Assembly (NCBI GenBank): GCA_964636295.1
Contig: CAZWQY010000001.1
Location: forward strand, 92,447-156,446
Reading direction: 5' to 3'
From: an uncultured Lentisphaeraceae bacterium
Lineage (GTDB): Bacteria > Verrucomicrobiota > Kiritimatiellia > RFP12 > UBA1067
DNA: 64,000 bases
A program made the position numbers and the translations under genes. Positions within the stretch are counted from its first letter, which is position 1. The number at the start of each line of letters is the position of its first letter. The notes beneath the pieces were generated by a model, which had not been told where the DNA came from, did not search any database, and saw nothing but the letters and a program-made list of their open reading frames with translations. Shown one piece after another: positions 56,899 to 64,000 of the stretch.

Positions 56899-57962
56899 GG
56901 GGGCGAGTTGCCGTTCGCCTCGCGCAACGCGCGCGACGTGACCTGCCCTTCGGGCGGGAGGTCGGCGCGCGACTTGCCGCACGCGGCGAGAACCTTGTCC
57001 GTCGTTTGGAAATGCGCCTTGCAATGGTTCATCAGCCACGTCGGCCCATGCGCGCGCACCATCTCCTCCGCCAGGCTTCGGACGCGCGGATCGGACGAGC
57101 CCATCGGGATCTTCGGCACGGCCTTCCCCTCTTCGCCCGACGGCGCGCCAAAGACGTCGGCCGTCATCTTCTGGATGTCGCGGATGAAGAGCTCGCGCGC
57201 GATGACCGAGGCCGCCGCCACGGCAATGTCGCTCTCGGCCTTGTGCCGCTGCTCGACCGTCGCCTTCTTGCCGCGCTCCTTGAGCGCACGGCGAATCGTC
57301 AGTTCCGTCGGCGCGAACTGGTCAACGACGACGCGCGCGCAGTTCGGCCGCTTCGTCAGCAGTTCCTCGATCGCCGTGCCGTGCGCCCAGGCGAGCATGC
57401 GGTTGATGTTCTTGATCTTCGCGTATAGCCGGTTGTAGGCGGCAGGCCCAAGCCGCACGACCGCATAGCCGTCCGGCCCCAGAAGCCGCCGCAGGGCCGC
57501 GCCCGCCGACAAAACGGCCGCGTCCGACATCTGCTTGCAGTCCTTGACGCCCAAGCGCACCATCTCGTCGGACAGCCGCTCGTCCGTGAACGCGCAGCAG
57601 ACGACCAGCGGCCCGAAATAGTCGCCCTTGCCCGATTCGTCGCTGCCCGCGTGGGCGGAAAAGAGCTCGGGCGAGAGAACCTTCTCGTAGCCCAGCGCGA
57701 CAGGCACGACGCCCTTCGGCTCAAGCTGGAACTCGACGAAGTCCTGCGCGCCCGCCCCCTGCACGCAGAGCTTGCGCTTGCCGTGCTTCTCCTTCTCGTA
57801 GAGCGTCGCGTTGAACTTCTCGCCCTCGATGGAATAGAGCGCATACGGCACCTCGCGCCGACGGTAGTTCCCCGTCACGAACAGTCCGAGCAGGATTTCC
57901 TGCTGATCGTTCGTGAGTTCGAAGGTGAAGACGGTCTTCCGTCTGGTCGCGTCGTCGCTCAC
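56895..57962 (-). CDS. rnhC: ribonuclease HIII
   Basis: The N-terminal ~90-aa extension and the GSDESGKGDYFGPLVVC active-site motif are the RNase HIII pattern. 355 aa. Confidence 0.8.
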   Translation of the reverse strand: MSDDATRRKTVFTFELTNDQQEILLGLFVTGNYRRREVPYALYSIEGEKFNATLYEKEKHGKRKLCVQGAGAQDFVEFQLEPKGVVPVALGYEKVLSPELFSAHAGSDESGKGDYFGPLVVCCAFTDERLSDEMVRLGVKDCKQMSDAAVLSAGAALRRLLGPDGYAVVRLGPAAYNRLYAKIKNINRMLAWAHGTAIEELLTKRPNCARVVVDQFAPTELTIRRALKERGKKATVEQRHKAESDIAVAAASVIARELFIRDIQKMTADVFGAPSGEEGKAVPKIPMGSSDPRVRSLAEEMVRAHGPTWLMNHCKAHFQTTDKVLAACGKSRADLPPEGQVTSRALREANGNSPP

Positions 57963-59065
57963 TTCGCCGAAAAGCGGAATTCGGTCGTGGACGAATAGAC
58001 CTCGCCCGGCTTCACGAAGACGCTCGGCCAGCGCGGCTGGTTCGGCGAATCGGGCGCGTGCTGGGTCTCAAGCGCACAGCCGCAGCGGAACGAGAGGTGT
58101 TCGCCCCCTTTCGCCGTCTGGTCGTAGCTCGCCCAGTTCGCCGTGTAGACCTGAATGCACGGCTCAGTCGTCCAGACCGCGACCTGCCGCCCGTTCAACG
58201 GACAGGACAGCGTCGCGGCAAGGTTGAGACGACGCGACTTCTTCTTCGTCACCATCTCGCCCTTGTCGAGGACCCAGCTGTGGTCATAGCCCTTTCCGAT
58301 CTCAAGGTCGCGGTTCGCGGCGTTGATCTTCTCGCCAATGCGCATGCCCTTCGTGAAGTCGAACGGCGTTCCCGCGACCGGCTTGATGCGCCCCGTCGGA
58401 ATCTGCCCCGCATCCGTCGGCAGGAAGCTCTTCGCGGGAATCTTGAGGACATGGTCTTCAATCGAGCCGCCCGCCTCGCCCTTGAAGTTGAAGTAGACGT
58501 GCTGCGTCATGTTGATGGGCGTAAGCTGGTCGGTGACCGCCTCATAGTCAACGCGCCAGACGTTCTTCGCCGTGAGCGTGTACGTCACCTTCGCCTCGAC
58601 CCGCCCGGGGAAGCCTTCGTCGCCATCCGGCGAGACGTGCGTGAAGACGACGCCGACGTCCGTCCCGCGCACGAACGGCTCCGCCGCCCAGACATACGCA
58701 TTCCAGCCACGCGCGCCGCCATGCAGATTGCAGCCAATGTCATTCGGCGCGTTGTTGAGCGCCGGAAGCTTGTAGATCCGCCCCGCCATCTTGAAGATGC
58801 CGTCGGCGATGCGGTTGCCGTAGCGGCCGATGATGCACCCCCAGTAGGGATCGCCATTGTCCCAGCCCGCCGGCGAATCAAAGCCCACGACCACGTCCTG
58901 CATCTTGCCCTTGCGGTCTGGCGTGAAAAGCTTCACAATCTTCCCGCCGTAGTCGGAGACTTCCATGACCACTCCGCCCGCTCCGAAAAGAGTGAATTTC
59001 TGCGCTTTTTCACCATATTTCGTCACGCCAAACGAGGACACGCTGTAAGAAGGCTTTTTCATCAT
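57959..59065 (-). CDS. galM: aldose 1-epimerase (galactose mutarotase)
   Basis: GCNLHGGARGWNAYVW and YDHSWVL motifs. 368 aa. Confidence 0.85.
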   Translation of the reverse strand: MMKKPSYSVSSFGVTKYGEKAQKFTLFGAGGVVMEVSDYGGKIVKLFTPDRKGKMQDVVVGFDSPAGWDNGDPYWGCIIGRYGNRIADGIFKMAGRIYKLPALNNAPNDIGCNLHGGARGWNAYVWAAEPFVRGTDVGVVFTHVSPDGDEGFPGRVEAKVTYTLTAKNVWRVDYEAVTDQLTPINMTQHVYFNFKGEAGGSIEDHVLKIPAKSFLPTDAGQIPTGRIKPVAGTPFDFTKGMRIGEKINAANRDLEIGKGYDHSWVLDKGEMVTKKKSRRLNLAATLSCPLNGRQVAVWTTEPCIQVYTANWASYDQTAKGGEHLSFRCGCALETQHAPDSPNQPRWPSVFVKPGEVYSSTTEFRFSAK

Positions 59066-59072
59066 GACCCAT

Positions 59073-59081
59073 ATTATAGCA
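59073..59081 (-). promoter_or_regulatory. extended -10 (TGcTATAAT) 7 nt upstream of the galM ATG; leaderless
   Basis: Minus-strand read: gaTGcTATAATatgggtcATGATGaaa. Confidence 0.45.
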
Positions 59082-59138
59082 TCCCGCGCGTTTCGCGTCT
59101 AGTGGCACGGGAAAAATGCGGCGTTTTTCGCGCGCTTT

Positions 59139-59888
59139 TCAGCGCTTTTCTGAAGTTGCGAGGGCATCCAGACGGGCTTTGACGGCCGAAAGGCCGTAGA
59201 TTGCCGCCGTCTCGGCGCGGAGGATGGTCGCGCCAAAGCTGACGGGCGTCGCGATCTCCAGCAGCACCGCCAGCTCCTGCGGCGTGAAGTCGCCTTCCGG
59301 CCCGACGTAGACCGCAACCGCGTTCGCGTCCGCCGACAGCGTCGCGAGCGCCGCCCCGATCGGCGGCGGCGGCGGATCCGTCAGCGCGCCGACGAAGCAG
59401 GTCGTCGCGCGCACAAGCGGCAGCGACGCGTCGAACGTGACGGGCTCCAGAATCTCCGGCAACCACCGCGCATCCGACTGCCGCGCGGCGTCCTCGGCGA
59501 CGCGCTGCCAGCGCAGACGCTTCGCCGCGCGTTCGTCCGGCGCAAGGCGGACAATCGTCCGCGCGCTGATGACCGGCACGAGGCGCGTCACGCCCAGTTC
59601 CGTCGCCTTCTCGACCGTCCAGTCCCAGCGCGAACCCTTCGTCACGCAGGCGAAAAGCGTCAGCGCGACCGGTGCGCGCGCCTCCGTCTGAACCTCCGCC
59701 GCCGGACAGAGCGCCACGGCCGCGCCGACGCGACGGCAGACGCAGACGCGCCGCCGGCCCTGCCCGTCGAAAAGCTCGACCGCCTCGCCCTCCTTGGGGC
59801 GCAGCACCCGGAGATGCCCCTGCGCCTCCTTGGACAGCGACGGACTTTCGGAGAAAAGCTCTCCCGTCTCGACGAGCAGCCGATGCAT
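59139..59888 (-). CDS. rsmE: 16S rRNA (uracil1498-N3)-methyltransferase
   Basis: RsmE (SPOUT) signature region: PUA-like N-terminus followed by GPEGDFTPQELAVLLE. 249 aa. Confidence 0.8.
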   Translation of the reverse strand: MHRLLVETGELFSESPSLSKEAQGHLRVLRPKEGEAVELFDGQGRRRVCVCRRVGAAVALCPAAEVQTEARAPVALTLFACVTKGSRWDWTVEKATELGVTRLVPVISARTIVRLAPDERAAKRLRWQRVAEDAARQSDARWLPEILEPVTFDASLPLVRATTCFVGALTDPPPPPIGAALATLSADANAVAVYVGPEGDFTPQELAVLLEIATPVSFGATILRAETAAIYGLSAVKARLDALATSEKR

Positions 59889-59909
59889 GTCAACCGTCCG
59901 CCCGACGCG

Positions 59910-61184
59910 CTAGACGCGCGCGAGCGCCTGCTTGAGGTCAGCAATCAGGTCGTCCGGATCCTCCAGCCCGATCGAGAGGCGGATGAGGTCCGGCGGAATG
60001 CCAGCGGCCTTGAGCTGTTCGTCCGTCAGCTGGCGGTGCGTGTGCGACGCCGGGTGGAGGACGCAGCTCCAGGCGTCGGCGACGTGCGTGACGATGCCGA
60101 TGACCTTCAGCGCGTCCATGAACTTCACCGCCGCCGCGCGCCCGCCCTTGACGCCGAACGTCAAGACGCCGCACGGCGAGGCCCCGTCGAACTGCTTCTT
60201 GAGAAGCTTGCGGTACTTCGAGTCGGGCAGCCCCGCGAAGTTGACCCACGCGACCTTCTTCTGCGCCTTGAGCCACTTCGCGACCGCGAGCGCGCTCGCC
60301 GCGTGGCGGCGGATGCGCACGTGCAGGGACTCGAGGCCGAGGTTCACGAGGAAGGCGTTGAACGGCGACGGAATCGCGCCGTAGTCGCGCATGAGGTGCG
60401 CCGTGCACTTCGTGATGTAGGCGAGCTTGCCGAACGCCTTCGTGTAGCTGAGCCCGTGATACGAGGCGTCCGGCTCGACGAGACCGGGGAACTTGTCGGC
60501 GTGCGCCGCCCAGTCGAAGTTGCCCGAATCGACGATGCAGCCGCCGACCTGGGCGGAATGCCCGTCCATGTACTTCGTCGTCGCGTGCGTGACGATGTCG
60601 CAGCCGTACTCGAACGGACGGCAGAGAATCGGCGTCGGGAAGGTGTTGTCGACGATGAGCGGCACGCCGTTCCGGTGCGCGACCTTCGCGAACTTCGCGA
60701 TGTCGAGAATCGCGCCCGACGGATTCGAGACCGTCTCGCCGAAGACGCACTTCGTGTTCGGACGAAACGCCTTCTGGAGCGTCTTCGCGTCCGCGTCGGG
60801 ATCGACGAACGTGTAGTCGATGCCCATCTGGCGAAGGGAGACGTTGAAGAGGTTGAACGTGCCGCCGTAGATCTGCGCCGAGCAGACGACGTGGTCGCCC
60901 GCCTGGCAGAGGTTGCGGACGGCGAAGAAGTTCGCGGCCTGCCCGGAACTCGTCAGGATCGCCGCGACGCCCCCTTCGAGCGCGGCGATCTTCTTCGCGA
61001 CCGCATCGTTCGTCGGGTTCGCGAGGCGCGTGTAGAAGTAGCCGGACGCCTTCAGGTCAAAGAGGTCGGCCATATGCTCGGACGTGTCGTACTTGAAGGT
61101 CGTCGTCTGGTAGATCGGGACCTGGCGCGCTTCGCCGCACTTCGGGCTCCAGCCGCCCTGGACGCACAACGTGTCGATTTTCAT
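59910..61184 (-). CDS. metY: O-acetylhomoserine aminocarboxypropyltransferase/sulfhydrylase (PLP-dependent)
   Basis: Start at MKIDTLCVQGGW. PLP lysine region DIVTHATTKYMDGHS. Confidence 0.85.
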   Translation of the reverse strand: MKIDTLCVQGGWSPKCGEARQVPIYQTTTFKYDTSEHMADLFDLKASGYFYTRLANPTNDAVAKKIAALEGGVAAILTSSGQAANFFAVRNLCQAGDHVVCSAQIYGGTFNLFNVSLRQMGIDYTFVDPDADAKTLQKAFRPNTKCVFGETVSNPSGAILDIAKFAKVAHRNGVPLIVDNTFPTPILCRPFEYGCDIVTHATTKYMDGHSAQVGGCIVDSGNFDWAAHADKFPGLVEPDASYHGLSYTKAFGKLAYITKCTAHLMRDYGAIPSPFNAFLVNLGLESLHVRIRRHAASALAVAKWLKAQKKVAWVNFAGLPDSKYRKLLKKQFDGASPCGVLTFGVKGGRAAAVKFMDALKVIGIVTHVADAWSCVLHPASHTHRQLTDEQLKAAGIPPDLIRLSIGLEDPDDLIADLKQALARV

Positions 61185-61186
61185 GT

Positions 61187-61465
61187 TCAGTACTCGCTTT
61201 CTTCGATGTCGGCCATCTGCAGCTCGCGCAGCTGCCGGGCCTGTGAGAGGGCAATGACGCCGAGGACGACCAGCGCCACGGACAGGACAACGTACCCGGC
61301 GGAAATCGCCCATGGCCGCCAGTTCCACGGATCATCGCCAATGACGCGATACGGGCGAATGCCCTGCTTGCGCAGCTTCGCGTAGGCGTCCGCCCGATCG
61401 CGCGCGGCGATTTCGCCCGTGCGATTGACGTTCTGACGGTCCTGATAGAGGTACGTGTAGTTCAA
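61187..61465 (-). CDS. small membrane protein (one C-terminal TM helix); putative TTG start 9 nt after a -10
   Basis: High-GC3 frame NRTGEIAARDRADAYAKLRKQGIRPYRVIGDDPWNWRPWAISAGYVVLSVALVVLGVIALSQ. The 5' part of the ORF-track version lies over a terminator hairpin and promoter and is rejected. Confidence 0.4.
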   Translation of the reverse strand: MNYTYLYQDRQNVNRTGEIAARDRADAYAKLRKQGIRPYRVIGDDPWNWRPWAISAGYVVLSVALVVLGVIALSQARQLRELQMADIEESEY

Positions 61466-61474
61466 GATTGCGGT

Positions 61475-61483
61475 ATTATAGCA
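61475..61483 (-). promoter_or_regulatory. extended -10 (TGcTATAAT) for the small-ORF/metY transcript, immediately downstream of a terminator hairpin
   Basis: Minus-strand read: GCGGGGGtttttGcTATAATaccgcaatcTTG. Confidence 0.4.
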
Positions 61484-61487
61484 AAAA

Positions 61488-61505
61488 CCCCCGCACAAGC
61501 GGGGG
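61488..61505 (-). terminator. rho-independent-terminator-like hairpin with a U-tract on the minus strand
   Basis: CCCCCGC-acaa-GCGGGGG is a perfect 7-bp GC stem. Its minus-strand read is followed by TTTTTGC. Confidence 0.4.
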
Positions 61506-61511
61506 GAGATT

Positions 61512-61520
61512 TGCTATAAT
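61512..61520 (+). promoter_or_regulatory. extended -10 (TGcTATAAT) for tRNA-Lys
   Basis: tttTGcTATAATatgcgcc lies ~22 nt upstream of the mature tRNA 5' end. Confidence 0.5.
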
Positions 61521-61542
61521 ATGCGCCGTTTGAACGCCCCTT

Positions 61543-61618
61543 CGGACTGTAGCTCAGCTGGTAGAGCACGACACTTTTAATGTTGGGGTCGCGGGTCCGA
61601 ACCCCGCCAGTCCGACCA
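61543..61618 (+). tRNA. tRNA-Lys(UUU)
   Basis: CGGACTGTAGCTCAGCTGGTAGAGCACGACACTTTTAATGTTGGGGTCGCGGGTCCGAACCCCGCCAGTCCGACCA. Acceptor stem 7/7, anticodon loop CTTTTAA, encoded CCA. The T-loop is slightly atypical (TCCGAAC). Confidence 0.9.
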
Positions 61619-61619
61619 C

Positions 61620-62189
61620 GATAACCGCGAAAGCTTACGGCAGCCTGTCAAATACTGGAAGTTATGCGCATTCAAGTTCGCGCGCCCGAACGGGAGTGCT
61701 GACAAAAGCGCTGACACTTTCGAAGGAAGGCAGGGCAAGGTCGTCCTCACGTTCCCCTTCTCCGGCAAGCGCATCCCCGCCGACTGCCCGCAGTCCGTCG
61801 CCGCGTCCGCCGCGTTCCGCCTCTGGGACGCGCGGGTCGTGAAGACAAGGGACGACGGACGGCCCATCTTCACCGTCAGCGAGTTGTGCGACAGGTGGGT
61901 GCGCCTCGCGGACAGCATACTTCCCCGCGTGGTCGGCGACCGGTGGGACACCCACGCCTACGCCCGCGCGATAGCCCGCGTCTGCGAGGAGGCGGAGATC
62001 GCGCACTGGTCGCCGAACCAGCTGCGGCACACGTGCGCGACGGAGGTGCGGCGGCGGTTCGGGCTGGCGGCAGCGAGGGCCGTGCTCGGGCACTCGTGCG
62101 GCATGCGCGTGACCGACCGCTACTCGTTCGAGGCCGCCGAGGACGAGGCCCTGCGCGACGCGACCCCGGCCATGCTCGCGCTCGGATGA
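61620..62189 (+). pseudogene. tyrosine recombinase/integrase remnant (C-terminal catalytic domain only; N-terminus missing, no start codon)
   Basis: The frame is open from the tRNA-Lys 3' end with no ATG. The C-terminal catalytic motifs HWSPNQLRHTCATEVRRRFG...LGHSCGMRVTDRYSF are box II of the R-H-R-Y integrases. Confidence 0.65.
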
Positions 62190-62246
62190 CCGCCCCGCGA
62201 GGCGAATAACGAAATGTAGAGAAACACGAAAAACCTATTTTCCCCA

Positions 62247-62492
62247 TTGACGGGTTTGAAGAACCTGTGCTATAATACGCGCCACCATCGCGCGCACATC
62301 CACGCATGGTACCAAGGCCAAGAGGCGACGTTCGACATTCTTTCGCGCAAGAAGATCCGCGGGGATTTTCCCCAAGACCAGACATACCACGTGCAGTCGT
62401 TCATTGCCGACTACGAAGCAGAGCTTCTCGCCAACTGGGAGACCATCAACAGCGAAAGCGGGACGTTCTTCAAGATCGATCTCCGCAAGTGA
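62247..62492 (+). CDS. DUF4160-family protein (start uncertain; only TTG available)
   Basis: RHHRAHIHAWYQGQEATFDIL...HVQSFIADYEAELLANWE matches the DUF4160 HxHx-Y-g core. An in-frame stop lies 10 codons upstream. The TTGACG-N18-TATAAT hexamers overlap the 5' end. Confidence 0.6.
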   Translation: MTGLKNLCYNTRHHRAHIHAWYQGQEATFDILSRKKIRGDFPQDQTYHVQSFIADYEAELLANWETINSESGTFFKIDLRK

Positions 62493-62499
62493 GGGAACT

Positions 62500-62751
62500 A
62501 TGAAAGGCTACGAGCTGATTCGAGCGGCAAGGGCAATCGACGACCACCGCGTCGCCGTTGTCTTCGTCAACGGCGAGCGCGGCGTCTTCGACTGCGCACC
62601 CTATCTCAAGATGGGCTACTACAAGCCGCTGACCAACCCCGCGATATTCAAGTGCGTCCGAGTTTCCCACGGCTGGCTCAACTGGCCAGGCGACATCGAC
62701 GTCGGCGCCGACGACGTGTGGGACGAGGCGGTGAGGGACAAAGAGGCCTGA
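62500..62751 (+). CDS. DUF2442-family protein (partner of DUF4160)
   Basis: MKGYELIRAARAIDDHRVAVVFVNGERGVFDC. The ribosome-binding site GAGGGAA overlaps the upstream stop. Confidence 0.7.
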   Translation: MKGYELIRAARAIDDHRVAVVFVNGERGVFDCAPYLKMGYYKPLTNPAIFKCVRVSHGWLNWPGDIDVGADDVWDEAVRDKEA

Positions 62752-62825
62752 TTAGGCGTGAGTGGCGGGCGTTGGGCGCGCCCTTCCGCGCCTTGGCGGA
62801 TTGCGCGCCACAAGGAGATTGTGCG

Positions 62826-63050
62826 ATGAGCAATATGCCAGACCTAAACAAGAAGTTTGTTAACTCACTACTTCCCCTTGAACTTGTTGCAAAGATCAGG
62901 AAAGAAGCCGCATTGCGCAAGATGTCGACAACCGAGTTTATAGCTTGGGTTCTCGATCGGCAACTTGAGAGCATTGAATTAACCTCAGATGATTACGAAT
63001 GGATTGCGGGAGAAGTTCGCAAGAACGAAACGAGACGAAAGGGAAGGTAA
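62826..63050 (+). CDS. small ribbon-helix-helix (CopG/Arc-like) DNA-binding protein; antitoxin-like
   Basis: 74 aa starting at MSNMPDL after a GGAGA ribosome-binding site. The AT-rich gene contrasts with the flanks. LPLELVAKIRKEAALRKMSTTEFIAWVLDRQL follows a beta-strand/helix/helix pattern. Confidence 0.55.
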   Translation: MSNMPDLNKKFVNSLLPLELVAKIRKEAALRKMSTTEFIAWVLDRQLESIELTSDDYEWIAGEVRKNETRRKGR

Positions 63051-63140
63051 GAGCATGATGATAAGCGTAAAAATTCCGATGACGAAAACGCGCGCCATTC
63101 GTCTATTTAAGGTTTTGAACGCGCGAAATACGACGATTGA

Positions 63141-63252
63141 TTTTCTTTTGGCCGAGGGTTTGAATAACCTCGCGACCACGCGCGCACAGGAAAAAGGATA
63201 TTTTTTGCCGAAGGGTTTGATAACCCTGGCGCGCGCGTCGGCTTCGGGCGGC
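63141..63252. repeat. imperfect ~56-nt tandem duplication, each unit containing TTTT(C)TTTTGGCCGA(G)GGTTTGA(A)TAACC(C)
   Basis: Unit 1 at 63141-63174 is ttttcttttggccgagggtttgaataacctcgcg. Unit 2 at 63197-63233 is ttttttgccgaagggtttgataaccctggcgcg. Confidence 0.5.
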
Positions 63253-63744
63253 GGCTGCTCGACCACATTGAGAAGGGACACCTCAAGGGCGACGCGGACG
63301 CGCGGAAGACACGTCTCGCGTTTGCAGTCGCGACGGTTACGAGGCCCGATGCGGTGGAGCGGAACCACAGGGCGATTCCTGGGAGAACGGCCTATGCCAG
63401 GGCGTTCGACGACTTCGGCATCCTCGTGGTCTCTGGGAAGGGCTCGGACGCGGTCGAACAGGTCTTCACCGTCGTTCCGAACAGAAAGGGGAGACGGCGA
63501 AGGGAAGGTTAGGAGGCCTTGCCGGCTGCCTCCGCCAGGGCTGCGGGTACTGGTGCTCGGACCGATTCCCCGCCGTCGCCGCGTATTGTACCAAAACGGC
63601 GGACGCGCGGCAAGCGGACGGCGGCGTTTGAATGTGCGGCCGTCTGCACGGGGACACGCCGACACCCGTGCCGGACGGCAGAACGCCGGCGCAAGACCCA
63701 CACGCCGGGGACGCGGCGCGAGAAAAAGAAGGAGGAAGACACGC

Positions 63745-64000
63745 ATGACGCTGAAGGAGACGCTGGCGAAGATCGCCAAGGGCGAGCAACTGTCCGACGA
63801 GGAGAGGAAGTTCCTGCTCGAATACGACGAGCAGAGGCAGATCGACGCGGCGGCGGCGGCGGCCCGGAAGAGGGCGGACGCGGAGGCGAAGGAGGCGAAG
63901 GAGGCCCTTGCCAGGCTGCAGGGCGAGTTCGACGACTTCAAGTCCAGGAACGACCCCGCCAAGAGCCAGGACGCCACTGCGAAGCTGATGCAGCGGATCG
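63745..64000 (+). CDS. phage-like coiled-coil protein (scaffold/structural-like), 5' portion; continues beyond window
   Basis: ATG preceded by AGGAGG. MTLKETLAKIAKGEQLSDEERKFLLEYDEQRQIDAAAAAARKRADAEAKEAKEALARLQGEFDDFKSRNDP has strongly coiled-coil character. Confidence 0.5.
   Translation, partial: MTLKETLAKIAKGEQLSDEERKFLLEYDEQRQIDAAAAAARKRADAEAKEAKEALARLQGEFDDFKSRNDPAKSQDATAKLMQRI

Larger units (their letters stand above)
61619..64000. mobile_element. degraded integrative/prophage-like element downstream of tRNA-Lys (continues beyond window)
   Basis: It begins at the tRNA 3' end. It contains an integrase remnant, DUF4160/DUF2442, an RHH protein, AT-richer segments and a phage-like gene. 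Confidence 0.5.

Noticed and set aside
62247-62276. Perfect-looking sigma70 promoter TTGACG-N18-TATAAT
   Set aside because: Both hexamers fall inside the only available reading frame of the DUF4160 protein, and the TTG start would be the -35 itself. Either the hexamers are fortuitous or the gene is 5'-truncated, so I have not annotated it as a promoter.
62985-63977. 330-aa minus-strand ORF
   Set aside because: Ser/Ala/Arg low-complexity translation with no start context. It is antisense to the phage-like coiled-coil gene and the repeat region.

Overview
This 64 kb window comes from a high-GC bacterial chromosome, roughly 65-70% GC by eye. Almost all real genes are on the minus strand, and the long Arg/Ala-rich plus-strand ORFs in the track are antisense shadows of them. 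The core genes are dus (5' part), a 1222-aa secreted transglutaminase-like protein, a compact three-gene Ech/Ehr-like hydrogenase-related module, a DEDDh exonuclease, an APH-like kinase, rnhB, htpG, an alkaline-phosphatase-family protein, a TPR protein, prmA, an ispH-uppS fusion, mraY, a TPR membrane protein, ribBA, clpC with a McsA-like zinc-finger gene, rpoC, rpoB, tex, fusA, an M20 peptidase, a TetR-regulated RND efflux operon (MFP, RND pump, NodT-type OMF) interrupted by two lower-GC secreted-protein genes, rnhC, galM, rsmE and metY. There are two accessory regions. The first is a ~7.7 kb lower-GC defense island at 4.3-12.0 kb beside an atypical tRNA-Thr(UGU)-like gene. It carries an XRE regulator, an ORF6N protein, a Type II R-M pair (C5-cytosine MTase with an unknown N-terminal domain plus an HNH endonuclease), a RadC-like JAB protein, an AbiEi/AbiEii-like wHTH + nucleotidyltransferase pair, and an Mrr-like type IV restriction enzyme. 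The second is a degraded integrative or phage-like element downstream of tRNA-Lys(UUU) from 61.6 kb to the window end. It carries an N-terminally truncated tyrosine-integrase remnant, a DUF4160/DUF2442 pair, an RHH protein, imperfect tandem repeats and a phage-like coiled-coil gene running off the window. Recurrent regulatory themes are extended -10 promoters of the form TGnTATAAT-ACGCGCC placed 7-11 nt from start codons, which implies leaderless or near-leaderless mRNAs, and (G)GTTTGG triplets in two operon-internal intergenic spacers.
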